Source: an uncultured Candidatus Saccharibacteria bacterium
GTDB taxonomy: Bacteria > Patescibacteriota > Minisyncoccia > Phycocordibacterales > UBA918
Assembly: GCA_964469295.1 (NCBI GenBank)
Contig: CAYXYJ010000001.1
Span: 34,334 to 98,333, forward strand
Length of the DNA: 64,000 bases
Reading direction: 5' to 3'
Of the stretch, positions 26,756 to 41,700 are shown piece by piece (within the stretch, counting starts at the first letter, position 1; each line of letters begins with the position of its first letter). Below the pieces are notes generated by a model, which was given only the letters and a program-made list of their open reading frames with translations, was not told the origin of the DNA and did not search any database. The position numbers and the translations under genes are program-made.

Positions 26756-29700
26756 TTATGGTGAAACTGGAGTAAAAACGTTGATACCTTGGTGTGGCGC
26801 ACTATTAACACCAAGAGGTACCGAGATTCCCCAATACAATTGTGTCGAGACGAGAGGGCTTTCAGTTACTGGTTTGTCCAGATTAACTGCCAATTCAACG
26901 GGTGTCGTACTTGACAGAAGTGAACAGGTAGCACAAGCACTATATGAGAACGTTGAAGTTGCCAGTTTTTGTTGTGAGGCTGGAATCACTGATGAATGTC
27001 CGTCAGAGAGATCGGTTCCGAGAATTTCGAGATCAAAGGCAACATTACCAGTATTTGAGACTGTCGTAGTTGGATTATAGGTTCCAGTGTTATCATCAGG
27101 CGCTAATGACCCATAATTAATCGCACTATCAACAGTTAGAGCACGCAACGTGAGCAACTCGACACCGAGCGCTGAGGCAAAATCATACCCACCACCCGTA
27201 TCATTGACTTCCATATAGGCCATCCATTCTTCCCCTTCATATGCACCGGCATCAGTTGGATCGGCATGGAAGTAAATATCAGATGAACACACCAATGAAC
27301 AAGTGTTACCGCTACATGCCGTTAAGTGACAACTATTATTGGTGGTTGAAATGTAACAATTGTTTGTGTTTGCCGAACAAGCCGCACCGGCACCACTGCG
27401 ATACATGGTTGAGGTACCACTGACAATATCAGCGTACCCATTAAAGTCAGTAACTGTACTTGAAGCAACGATCGTTGTGGTTGCGTTTGGTGTCAGCACA
27501 ATCGGCTGTCCATTATTTAGCGTCACTGGACCAAATACCGGATCGAATTGCAACCCTAATTCAGGAACCGCTTCATAATAGTCTAATGGAGTACCATTAT
27601 TGGTCACACGGAAACAATAGCTATCGGACGCCGCTACAGTCGGAGTGATGACATACTCTAGTTCAGTATATGTATGTTGAGGAACATCCATTGCGCTGGT
27701 ACTCGTGGCTGGACTTTCCACGATTCGACCAGTGGTATAGCCGCCACTCATATTTGCCAGTAAGTCAGTAGTATTGTCGTCACCAGTAATATATGACGAT
27801 GATTGCATACATACGGGTGAAGATCCGCATGAAGCCTGGTTTGGTACTGGCGCAAACGAACCTTGAGCCACTGACTCGCAACTTGGAGCCGACGCTTTCG
27901 CTGCGTAATCTAGGCGGAATTGTTGACTGGTAATATCAAGACCAGTGTTTTCAATACCAATACGTAAGCGACGAGTTTCACCCGGAATGGCTCCACCCAT
28001 AGCATTTTGAGCCGCTGCCCACGTAGAGCCACCAGCCGTTTGCTTGGCTCCAAAGTACACTGTTGGTCGCCGTGGACTAAGACCGCGGACAGTGTAACTA
28101 TCCCAAGAACCGTTTTGGAACCAGAAAGTAAAGCCCATACCGCCAGAAGTGTAACTACTGTTAATAACAGTCGTACTCGCCACCAATGATCCGGCGGTGT
28201 TATACAAGTAGGCACTGATGCGGTTGTTGGTAAACCAATCGACTTCAACTTCGTACCAACCCGTAGCGTACGTGACGGTGGTCGATGCCAAAATAGTTCC
28301 AGACACATCGTTATCATCAACGTCTTTTGATATCACCATACGATCTGTACCGAATTGTTCCAAACAAATTGCGTAATTATTATTTGCATTTTGTACAGCA
28401 AACAATGTACACGCTTCATCACCGGAACCAGCACTAATATCAATATATTGCATCCAACGGATTGTTTGATCTTGCGCTGTTTGCGAACCAGTGCGGTAAA
28501 TACCATCAGTGGTACGGCCACTCTTATTTGATGCTTCAAGCGCATAGGTACCACCGTATACTGGAGCAGTATCCGTTTGGAAGAGACTGGTGTCACCACT
28601 ATATTCAGTAATATTGTTGTCTTCAAACGTATCGACAAAGGTAAAGGTATTACCTGCATTACTGGTTGATGAAGCCGTTCCATTACCATAATACATAAAT
28701 ACAGTCGCTGCACCGGTGGCTGGAACACTTGGTACTTGCACCCACACTACGGCTTCGGTACTCGCCACATAGCGTTCGATCCAATACGGTAACGATGTCA
28801 ACCCATTATTACCAGTGAATCGTAGATCATCGAAGTCCGATTGCATACTGTTATCGTACGTCACTAACAACTTTACAGAGGTTGTCGCATACGAGTTGCC
28901 AGTAGCATTATGTACGCGAACACGTTGACGATAATCCCAGTCTCCGTCAAACCATTCGCTATCTGGGGCTCCTTCTCCACCGTTGTCCATACGCCACCGA
29001 GCATCAGATTGGGTGGTCAACAGACAAGCACTGTCATTAAATCGAATTGATCCACAAGCATCAAGACCGTCAATGTCAAATCCTTCAGTTCCAAGTGAGC
29101 CGTAGGCATCAGTAAACCGCCACGCGTTTGTTGTCGTACCAACCAACTCCACACCGTATCCAGATACGGCACCCGCATGCATTCCAATCGCGTTATAAAT
29201 TTCCGATGCGTTGGCGTCTACCACACTACTGGTGACAGTAATCAAAGATCCAGTATCAACCACTAATCGTAAATTATTATTACTGAATTGTGATAGATTG
29301 ACATTTCCTGATAACGCAATACCTTCTGACCACATATCAGTCACTGAGGCATACCGCATTGACAATGAACCACCCATAGCGCTAAAAGCATAGGTGCCAC
29401 CATTAAGCGCTGCTATCGATGTGGTTGCGCCAACGCCACCAATAATATCCAGGGTACCAGACATCAATGTACTTGAAGCTGACGGGGCAAAACGTACCGT
29501 TACCGAACGTTGGGCTGGACCAGTGAGTGTTGTTCCATCAAAATCAATTGAATAACTCCAATATTCAGACGTCGTAGCAATGGTAAAGTCACCATAAATA
29601 TTAAGTACCCCATCAACCGCTCCGTGATCTTGTGAATACAACGAAGCAGTCAATCCAGTCGTAGTCGTGGCAGCTGAACTGTTCCACATACGAACGTGCG

Positions 29701-32700
29701 CCGAATTAATGGTTACTGTTGCATACACATCGCCACCAGCAGTCTTGGTATTAATGGTAAATGGATTAGTTCCAGTGAGTTGCAACGTACTATTTGTCCA
29801 ATTTGTCGCACTACCACCAACAAGGTTAGTAAAGACTCCACCAACAACGAGGACGGTACTCGAGGCTTTCGTGAACGATGACGCTGACGAGAGCGTAACA
29901 TTATTAGTAGCGGTCGCATTTCCAAGCCAGGTCCAACCACCAGACGCACTACCAAAATTAACATTGTACAGTGTACTGCTACCAACAGCGATGGTTTTAC
30001 CTGTCGTCACCGCATTAAATAACACGGTGCCTGATGAATGAGTAAAGTTGGTACCGGTTATACTCATTGATCCACCAATCGACAACGTTCCAGTCGCTGC
30101 AACTAACGTACCAGAGGCAACGACCAAATCATCACGAAGAGTTAGTGAATTATCCAACATGGTGAGGGTACCGTTACCGGTCTTGCGGAGGGCAAATAAA
30201 TCGGAATTATTCGCTCGCAACACTAACGATCCTGAACCGGTCATAATGATATCTGAGGTGTTATGAGTGACGGTCCCGCTTGCCACTTCAAATGAACCGC
30301 CAACGGTCAAAGAACCGCTTGGAAGCGTTACCGCCCCACCAGCGATATATACCGAACCAGTGGTTGTGGCGTTAGTATCAGTCATTGACCACGATCCTCC
30401 ATTTCCGGTGAATCGGACTGGTGGCACGACACCGTCATCAAAGCGTACAACATTACCCGTTGAAGTGCTGGTAAAGATTAAAGCGGTGCTTGGCATAGTA
30501 AAGCTGCCGCCAGTCGCATTAAACGAAGCGCCTATTGTTGTAGTGCCGCTACCAAAAGTAACTGAACCAGCAGACTGTGAGTATGATCGTTGTGTAGTAA
30601 AAGTGTTATCTGTTACGGTATACGATCCCGAACCAGTAAATCCAACGTTGTAGAAATGATTACTGTTCACATCAATCGTGCGACCAGATACCGACGACGT
30701 AAAGGTGGTTGTCGATTGCCCCGCTTCAAAGACGGCTCCCGTTCCAAATAGGAAGTCCCCGGCCACGCTATGAGTTTCACCGTTTGCGGCTCTGAATCGT
30801 GCATTCGTAAGCGCTTCCATGGTGCCATCGACAGCATCACCAGCGCCACCACCGGCGAGCGTGACATTACCATTTGGGGCAAAGGTTTTACCGCTCCAAA
30901 TAATGAGTTTGCGATTAGCTCCAATATCGAGCGTATCATTTCCGGAATCAACCGCCGTAAATGGAATATCGGCATCATCAGAGCTATCCCATACGGCCAT
31001 ATCAGCAATTGTTATCGGATCAGTATTTTCGTGACGAACGATAATTCGGTTTTCATACAAATGCATGTTGCTAATTGATGAAATTGGCGATTTAGTAACA
31101 TGGGCGGCTTTTTGGGTTTTGCCATCAATGTACACAATCAAACTATCGAGAGTGTTAAAGGCCACATTACTGATACTATATGCACCAGTAGATGCATTAC
31201 AGGTAGTACTGTAACTTGTAAGACCAGCCACTCGTAATGTTACGGCATTGGTTACCCCGTCACAGACCATTGATACCGTACTCCCTTCGTCACTATACAC
31301 ATTACCAGACACAGTAATGAGTGCTTGCGAATCATCCCACACCAAGTATCCTGGGTCACCGGTTGGATCCACGTCATAATTTTCACCAGCAATATTTCCG
31401 ACGTGGTTAGTAAAGCGCCAAGAAGTTACCGCCGTACCCGTAGCCGTAACGTTACTCGCGCCAGTAACACCAATATCCGCCGCAAATACATTATTTGTAA
31501 AGTTTCTAGCTTCGTTCGCATTGAGGACTGTACCACCAACAGTAATACCAGTACCACCGTTGACTTGTACCAGGTGATCGGTTCGTGAAAAATCAACGAC
31601 TGTCGGGGTACCAGAAAATTCAAGTCCACTACTCTTTAGATTGCGTAACACCACGCGATTCCAACTCGTTGACGCCGTACCACCAATCATCAAGTTATAT
31701 GAACCACTACCTTGATTTTGAATCGTCGTCGATGCACTCGTGCTACCAATGACAGACAACGATCCACCAGTCCACGTACCACGAGCATTATCAGCAAAAG
31801 CTACCGTTACCGCCCGACCATTTCCACCCAAAAGAGGTGTCCCATCAAAGTCCGTGGCGTAACTCCAATAATCATTAGCAGTTGTTTCGTTGAAATTACC
31901 ATAAATGTGCAACAATCCATTGGTGCTATTGTGATCCTGTGAATACAATCCACCGTCAATAATATAACTCGAGGCATCAGAGTTCCACATTCGTACACGA
32001 GTGCTCGATGCAACTGATAACGTTCCGTAACTATCGGCGGTTGTTGACGCGTTGATGCTCATACTGCCACCACCAAACAAATGGAGTCGGGAGCCAGTCC
32101 AAGTCGTTGATGTTCCACCGATACTGTTAATGAAAGAACCTCCAATCGCCAACGACTGACTCGATGCAACAGTGAAATTGGTATGATTAGAGAGAAGCCA
32201 TGAAGCGGTCGCAGTGGCATGTTCGGTCACAGTAAAGTTACCAGTACCGTTGATTGTCACCGAACTAAATGGTGAAGCTCCGGCAGCGATAGTTTCCGTA
32301 CCACTACCAGTGAAAGCGACCGTACCACTATTCCCCACAAAATTTCCGTTATTATCGTAACTACCAACAATAGTGAGGGTGGAGCTATTACTGGCTAACA
32401 CTGTTCCGCCGGTATTAATCAACAAATCGTTTCCAACCGTCACCGCCGGATCGTTGGTGTTGAGGTTGAAGGTAGTACTCGCTGTGCCACCAATTACCAA
32501 ATTATTAAGTGTAGCGAGACCACTGCCAATTGCCGTCATCGTTGAACTACCAGCGGCCGCATTTATTACCAAATCATAATACGTGGTACCGAGTACCGTT
32601 GCCGAGTTACCACTGTAACGCACTCGACTGGTTCCTTCTATAAAAGTACCAGTTTCAGTAAAGACCGTACCAGTGCCTGCCAAATCCCACGTCGATGACC

Positions 32701-35700
32701 CCGCCGCAAAGAAATGAGAAGATTGGATGAAGAGTAGCCCTAATACGGTAGTAGTCGTGGCGGTTGCTGGTGTGGTTGTACCCACTATTGATCCGTTTCC
32801 TAAGGTGAGATTGTTGACCGTCCACGCAGTATTACCACCAAAGGTATTTGATTGTTGTAATGTCAGCGTGCCACCACCCAATGACAACACACCGTTACCA
32901 GTAATTGAACCATTGGTTAAAGTGATATTACTCGTACCGGTAACAGTTCCCGCATTAACATTCATTGCGCCATTAACAACGAGCGGTGCCGTAATATTCC
33001 ACGCCCCACCCGCACCAACAAATTGCAGGTTATTGAACGTAACGGTATTTGGAGCAGTAATGCTCTTACCGGTGGTAGTGGCTGTAAAGACAAACGTTGA
33101 TGAAGCCGGGGTAAGGATCGACGTTGTGGCCATCACCAATCGGCCGGCCAATGAATGAGTTTCTGTACTAGTTGCCAAGAACGTGGCGTCAGCACCAATT
33201 TGTAGGGTCCCTTCAGCACTTGAGGTTCCGGCGTTACCAAGCAATGATACATTGCCACCCGGCGCGAAAGTCGATGAAGCAAACACCGACAACCCTGACC
33301 CTGACAACACTGACAGCGAAGACGTCGTCGCGATGAAGCGAATATCCGTATCATTATCGTAGTCATACAATACCAAATCAGCAATCGTTAACGGTGCGAC
33401 ATCTTGGTGTCTTGTCGTCAAATAATTTGCATAAATATTCATATTGGTGATATTGGCAGTCGGCGTTTTGGTCACACTCACCCCTTGCGCACCACCGTTG
33501 GTATTGAGGTACACCGTAATCTTTGGATCGCCAATGTATGTCACATTACTAAATGTGTACGCACCAGTGGCCGCATTACAACTCGTTGACGCCGTGTATG
33601 AACCGCTATTTACCACTAATCGAACATTTGGTGTGGAACCGTTACAGGTTGGAGCACCGATTGGTGAACTACCGTTAGCACCATAGACAAAGCCAGACAC
33701 GGTGATGGTATTCGAACTGTCGTCAAAACGAATTGACCCCGGATTACCATCATTAGTATCAAACGATTCGCCGTATAAATTCCCCACCCCGTCACGGAAC
33801 CAAATAAATGATGAGGTAGTGCCAACCAGCGTAACGTTTGACGCTAGACCGGTTGAGGTGGCAAAACCGATACGGTATAACTGGGCTGACGCATTTTTTG
33901 TCACGGTGCTACTACTAACAGTGATAGCAGTTGAACCAGACGCGACGGTAAAGAATCCATCTCTAAAGATACTGAGAGTCGATGACGCATATAAACCAAG
34001 TCCAGCGTTGTTCGTACCAGACACCCTAAATTGTTCGGCGGTAACAGTTGTATTTGAAGCATTTAATGTATAAGTACCTGCCAATGCATCAATAGTAGAC
34101 GATGCCCCAGCCACACCAACAAAATTGAGTGATGAGTTTACAAATCCAATATAGCCACTCGTTGCTACTCGTATATCCACTTGTCGAGCACTACTCGTGC
34201 CCAATGCTGTGCCGTCAAAGTCCGTGGCGTAACTCCAATATTCAGTACCAGTTGAACGAATATAATTACCATAAATATTCAAATCACCATCAACGCCGGC
34301 ATGATCTTGTGAATAAATTGAACTGGTATCAAGTGTACTGTACGTAGAGGCACTACTATTCCACATAGCCACATCGGTATCACCAACCACTTGTAACGTG
34401 CCGTACACATCACCACCATGAGATTTATTATTCATTGTATGGTCCGTACCAGACAACCGCAAAATCGAACCCGTCCAGGTTGTCGCTGTTCCCGAAGCGG
34501 CGTTGGTAAACGTCCCGGTTGATTCAAGAATGCGACCATTCTGTAGCGTAAACTGCGACGCTGCTGACAACAAGATAGCCGTCGTGGCGGTGGCGTTTTC
34601 GGTTACGGTGAAGTCACCTGATGCACTATTAAATTCCAATGTCGCAAAGGTGGAACTACCCGCGGCAATTGTTTCAGCTCCCGCAGTTGAATTAAAGCGA
34701 ACCGTTCCCCCGTTAGCAATAAATTTGGCGTTATTATCAAATGAGCCACCAACGCTCAGGATTCCCGTTGGGAAAGTAGCATCACCAGAAGTATCCAGGA
34801 TAAAGTTGCCGAGGATTGATACATTTGTATCTGTGAAAATTCTTGATCGCACCAATTCTACGCCGCCAATTGTATAAAAATTAGTGGTAGTACTGGTATT
34901 TTTGTATTCAGCATCCTGCCAAGCCGTACTACGAATAACGTTTGAAATACGAATTTCATCAAGCCGGCCATCAAATTCAATATTACGGTTATCACGCAGG
35001 TCTCCAATTGTTGAGTAAGAGTTCCAGGTGGCTGCACCATCGTTGCTAAATGAAAGCACAGGATTAGCGTTGACTCGTACTGTTGAGGCACCACCGTCAA
35101 TGGCCGTCGCTGACACGAAATTCCATTGTCCGGTCGAAATACCCGCGCCTGATGTTGTGTTACAAGTTGAATTTGATGTAAAAGCACAGAATTTCAATTC
35201 CGAGGTAGCTCCCGTCCCTCCAGCCGTTAACCAGGTGTAATTCGTATCGTGGGCTGAGAAAATGGTAAACCCATACGTTGCCGTGTCGCCAGAACCAGTT
35301 AAATCATCCGGATTAAACCAAGCAGATATAGTGATATTTGCCGAGCCGTAACCAACATTTGGAATAGTAATATCGTCACCGCTGTAATCTTGGGCATTAT
35401 ATATTTTGCCGGTTGTAACGACTTGTGGGTTATTTGCGCTATCTTTTGTTCCATCTCGTGATGTCGTTGCACTGTTTTTGATGCTACTGGTAGTAAGGTC
35501 ATTCATGTGCGCTACAATAACGTACCCATTATTCCACACTGCTAATGAGCCATACGTCGCATTGTTGGCATAACCACTCGCCGCAGCGTTGCCGTAATAT
35601 ATATAGAATGTTGCATCAGTAGTAGAAGAAAGTGCGTTAGCTCTAAAATATAATTCTCCGACTTGCGTACCAGTGTTGATTGACACCAATTCAATTGGTA

Positions 35701-38700
35701 CTTCGGTCATACCATCACTTTGAGTAACGCGAATATCACCACCATCAGCTTTAGTATTACTAAAGAAACTACTTGGCAAATCATGCAAATCAACATAAAC
35801 AGGGAAATTCGTAAGACCAGCACTGATTTGATTGGCTTTGACGACAATTGGTAAACGATAATTCCAACTATCGTTATACCAAGAACCCGCTACGCCACCA
35901 CGAGTACGCACATGATTAAAGGCTGAACCATTGGCACGAACCGTATTCGCATCCTGTACCAGAAATACTACCTCACCATTATTGTGAGCAAAGGCGCCGG
36001 TACCACTTACATTAAAATCACCGCCGACTGTTAGGGTACCTGTCGGCATCGTCACCGTACCTGATTGGATGCGGAAATGTCTTGTGGTAGTAGCAGCTGA
36101 TTCACTAAAGCTCCAGGCGCCACTACCAGCAAATACCACGTCATAAAATGTATTGAGGAACGCCGTTGCCCGTTGTGTGATTGTTCGTCCACCGGATGTA
36201 CTGGTAAATCGTACTTCACCATTATTGTGAGCAAACGTACCACCAGTATTCAAGAATGAACCAGCGATGGTTGTTGTGCCTGTCGGTAAGGTGACGGTTC
36301 CGGTAGCAATCGTCAAATTGCCGGTTAACGCTAGTGTCGATGTTGAAAATGACCAATTGCCCCCCACGCCAGTAAAAGCGAGGTTATTAAATGATGAAGC
36401 ACCTCGGTAAATAACCCCGGTTGATGTTCCCACAAAAGTAACGGTACCGGTTTGAGGAATAAACGAATTGTTATTCACCCATGCTTTATAAACATTGATA
36501 TTATACCCACTACCAGAGCTATTTAGGGTATCGTCAGCACCAATCGTAACGGTATCAGCACCAACGTTACCAGACAGCGTAATAGTTTTAGCGGTGCCAT
36601 CAACCACCACATACCCGGCGTTAGTACTTGTAGTAGCAGACTTAGCATCACCCCAGGTATGAGCACCACTTCCAGTAAATGACGTTGTAGCCAGACCGGT
36701 CATTGTACCACTACTTCCCAAACTCAGATTACCCATAATGGCTATAGTTTGAGTATTTCGCGCCAATGTTCCGTAATTAATTGCCAATGATCCCTTCACT
36801 GATAATGGCTTGCTGAGTGTCCAAATTGCTGCCCCAGACGTTTCACCAAAGGTAACGTTAGCAAACTCAATACTCGTCGTTGCTGATTCAATTTGTGGAC
36901 TGGTACTCGTTGCAGTGAAAATAATAGTTGATGCATCAGTAGTAAAGGTGCCGAGCTGCTTCCAGTCACCACGGACACGCAATGTGTTCATGGTTGGCAA
37001 AAATGTTCCGTTATTTTGGAAATGAATGACCGAACCATTAGCCCCAGGCTGGTAGGTACTACCAGAAAGTACACGCAAACCAGCATCACCACAAGTGGAT
37101 TCATTACATAGATTTAATATGTTGCCGCCAGCTACATCGTAAAAGATGTCTTCATTATCAGAGTTTTTGTAGACTTCCAAATCATTATTCGCAATAATTG
37201 GAGCATCATCAGAGCCAATCGTTACATGTCGGGACGACAATTGCATACCGGTAATATCACCGTTACCGTCATATTTTGTTACGGCGACCGCTTCGAGCGA
37301 TCCGTCAACACTTTGTCTAAAAATTGTCACTACATCACCGACGGCAACGTTTACGTTTGGAATATTCCACACTCCCGGCGTTGTTGATCCTACCCAACTA
37401 ATAACTACTCGTCCGTTACCACCAGCAGTACCCGCACTTCCTGCAGCGCCTCCAGCGCCACCGTTACCAGCGCCGCCAGCATAATCAGCATCACCAATAT
37501 TGGCTGCTCCAGCGCCACTACCAGCAATCGTACTGGTGGCAGTAGCACTGGCATATATATATGACGAACCACCAGCGCCGCCAGCACCAGAATGTAACGC
37601 ATTCATACCGCGCGCACCGCCACCGCCGCCAAAATATCCAGCGCCACCGCCACCGCCGCCAGCTTCGGCCGTAGCACTATTTCCAGTTCCGCCAGCGCCG
37701 CCACCAAATACTTCGGCAGTACCACCGGCACCACCACTGACTCCGCTGTCACCAGCGCCACCTAATAGGGACGCGCCGGATGTAGCGGCACCACCGGCAG
37801 TACCACCGGCACTTTGTGTACCACCAGTACTGGCCAATAGTGGAATGCGATATCGAGCAATAACCAATCCTGATCCGCCGCCACCGCCATATTGAGTCGC
37901 CGATGTACCGCCAGCGCCGCCGCCGCCGCCGCCAGTGTTAGCCGTAGCCGTTACTCCATTATTATTACCAACGCCACCATTACCGCCACCGTGACTAGCT
38001 GTTCCGGCAGTTTCTGCATTTCTTTTTCCACCACCACCACCGCCGCCAAACCAACCACTCACACCCACACTGGTTCCCCACCAAGCACTGAGATCACGAC
38101 CAACGCCACCATTACCGCCTGAGGTATTAGAACCAGCACTCCCAGCACTTCCAGCGCCACCACCACCACCGCCAGACTGGTCATTCGTCGCATTCGCCGA
38201 GCCACCCGCCCCTCCATCATTACCAAATCCCGCCGTACTCGTACCACCAGCATGCGATACTGCATTAACATTAGTGCTACCACCACCACCACCTGAGGCA
38301 CCAAAGAAACCAGTTGATCCATCATTTGGTCGATCTCCACGTAAACCACCACCACCACCAATAGCTGTATTAGCAGCGAACGACGTCGTACCACCAGTCT
38401 GGCCATTTCCATTGGCGGTATCAGTGTTATCGCCACCAGTTCCGCCCGCGCCAATCGTTACTGCATAAGAACTGGTTCCGAGGACTTGGTTTTCCAATAT
38501 TTTTATCGCGCCAGCGCCGCCACCACCACCGCCGTACCGATAGCCACCACCACCACCACCACCACCCACAAGGAGTAAATCAACAGATCGGGTGCCGCTC
38601 GTCACCTGGAAAGTGTCACTACTCGTAAATACATGGTGTCTAAAGCCGAACATATCAGTTGTCGCACCACCAGTAACACTAAAGACAGTATCGTTAGCGC

Positions 38701-41700
38701 CACCATTGCCACCAACTAATCCACCACCAGCACCGCCAGCGCCAGCACTTGCTAATTGAGTCGCTGTTTCTGGACGCAGATTAAAATTAAATGATCGTCC
38801 GGCGAATGCCGCTGATTGTGTCATACTTGGCACCCCAAGAGAACCGGCACTATTTGTCGGGGTATCATCAAAACATAAAAAGATAGAGTTATCGTTACCG
38901 TTCGTGTTTGTCGAATAAAACGCTGTATTAACGCCACTCGGCATACCACAAGAACCACCTGATGGTCCCCAATCACGGTCATCAAGCGAACCACCAACAA
39001 ACACCAACATTGAATTAGCTACCGTGCTGGAAAGATTTGGACCAGTGTACGTTGTCGCCGCGGTTTGGCTATTGTTTGCACTCACTTGGTCAAATGGATT
39101 ACCTGTTCGCGCTACCCCACGGAAAGCCCAAATACGACCAATGTAACTATCCGTTGCCGGTCCGCCAAATGTTGGCATCAAAGGAGTGGTCGTACCTTGT
39201 CGTAAATACCACACTGACAATTGTCCATTGCCACTTGTCTGTGAAGAAAATTCAGTCCATCCACTACAGTTTGTTACACACGTGTGCGCTGTGGCCGTAC
39301 GTGAATGCAACACCGCAATCAGTACGTCATGTTCAGCAGTTCCTTGTGGAATATTTGGTGAACAATTGGTTGCGCTTACGGCACATTCAATTCCCACTCC
39401 AACATACCCGATACCGCCGCCGCCGGCACCACCACCACCGCCGGCACCCGCAATCACAAGAGGTGTCGAACTACGGTATATCCCAGCGTAACCGCCGCCA
39501 GCGCCAGCGCCAGCAGGTGAAGCAAACAATCCGCCGCCGCCGCCGCCGCCAACTCGAACTGACAAGTTCTCTGCCGGTGTGACTGGTAATGTTGCCTGCA
39601 CAAATCCGCCGCCGCCGCCAAAGGCCCCAGCATTACTCACACCACCACCACCGCCGCCGCCGCCGCCACCCCAGGCTTTCACCGTCACGGCAGTTACACT
39701 CGCTGGCACCGTAAAGGTGGAAGTACCGGTGCTTGAGAAGATAGCTTTTTGTGTTCCTGTCGCTGCGGATATATTGGCAGTTTTACCAGATTGCAATACA
39801 CCATTAATCGCAACTGCAATAGTGCCTTCGGTTAATGGAGTAGATTGATCATACGCAAAGGCTATTCCTGAAATGGAAATACCTTCAGACCATTCCACAT
39901 ACCAATCAAGTAATGCCGGGCAGTCACCACTATCACATATCAGTTCAGCTTCTAATTGTAATTTTTTATATATGACGGGTTCGAGATCAGTGATATCAAC
40001 TGGACCACTCGTAATCCCGGCAGCATTACCAGCAATTTCACTATCTGGTACCAATGCATATGTTCCAGTAGACACTTCGTAATAGACCCGATATTTAATC
40101 AAACTAGCCCCCGGAGTAGTGTCGTTCCAGCCAATTGATTCCCAACGCGGACTACCGCCATCGCTAAAATTAATTGGAGTTGATCGTATGGTACCGTCAA
40201 CGAAATTAGGGGAAATTTGTGCGGCCATGGCAATAGAATCATGGAATGGCGTACCATTAACAGACGGTAGACTGCTTATTACCTCTTGTCCCGTCCACGC
40301 TGTTCCATCCCAGTAGGTAAATAAATATTGGTCAGCCGGGGCAATACTGTCATCTTTCAAAAACATCGCTAAAATCAAACCATTTGCCGTACGAATCGTT
40401 TGTGTTGTCCAGGCTCCGACGTTGAGATTAAGACCGGTGATATTTTGTTCACCAGAATATGATGACGTGGCGTAATATTGGTAACGAGCATTTACGGTGT
40501 CAGAATAAGGAATCATTACATACCCATCACGACTTGGGGTGGTTTCAAATTCACAACTTACTGGTCGACCTGCTTGACTATTACCAGCGGTATCAAGGGT
40601 GGTGTACGTATCCCACGCGGCACCGTCCCATAACGTTGTACTAATTTGTCCATCAATGTCAATGGCACAGAACGCTAATCGGTCAGTACCAACGTCTCTT
40701 TTAATAACGCCATGTTCAAAATCATCTTGCAACGTTTGAGCAAGAGTCCCAGACCAATTTGAACCATCCCAAGTGTTGTAAAGAAAACCGGCATTATTAC
40801 CATTACTTACGACTATTATTGCTTGATTACCTGAAGCTTCGTAGTCAACGGCAATACCTTCGTTAGCCGCCCGGCTCATATCGCCGAAGGTTAAACTATG
40901 TCCCCAACTTGAACCGTTCCACACCAACGCTTCATAATCTGGTGAACCGGTAATTTCGTGCTTAAATACGGCAATAATTTCATCTGAGGTCGGATCAGAC
41001 GCGGTTTGAATAAACTGACAGTTTGTTCCTTTTGTAAGAGAAATCGAAGAAGTGGCGCTCCAACTTGAACCATTCCAAACACTATAAACAGCATTAGTAC
41101 CCTCACAAGCAATCGCGAGTAAATCGCCGGAATTAGTTTCGTAAGCGATACTTTCCCCGCGATATCCGGTATTGGCAATACTCGTCACTAATTCGTTCAT
41201 ATCACCCCATGTCCCCGTCAATCCGTCGTAGATTTGCACATTGACATCCCCGTCGGTACCTAACGTTGCCAGAGCGTATTCATTACGTTTTGGTGCTGCT
41301 TTGAGGTCAGACCATTCAATCAGAGCACCCACTTCAAGGGCTGTTTGTGGATCACTCCAGGCGGCACCGTCCCAAATGCGGTATCGTGGCAAAAATGATG
41401 TGGATTCACCATACGCTACCATCGCTTCGGTAATGGTTGTCGTGATTTGTGCTTGTGTTTCAGTTTTTTCAATATTGCGATTATCATTGGTTAAAAATTG
41501 ATCACCAGTAGTTTGAAACCACGTTGACACACCTAATCCGACACTGACGGTAAAGCTATTTGGAGCACTCCAATCTGAATACGCGTTTTCGTCGTTAATA
41601 TCACGGGCCCGCACTCGCCACCAATAGGTGGTGTTGTTACTAAGAGGAGATTGGAACGTATACGAAATAACTTCATTGGAATTAAATGGTGTGGTGTCTG

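Noticed and set aside
37414-39685. Collagen-like triple-helix repeats in the Gly-rich region
   Set aside because: Gly is not spaced every third residue (poly-G and GGAGG runs, not G-X-Y) and there are no Pro at X/Y positions.
37500-39848. Pro-rich plus-strand ORFs (37500..37895, 39579..39848; also 52955..53272) that look like proline-rich proteins
   Set aside because: They are antisense shadows of Gly-rich (GGN-codon) segments of the real minus-strand genes. CCN on the opposite strand reads as Pro. No independent start or context supports them.
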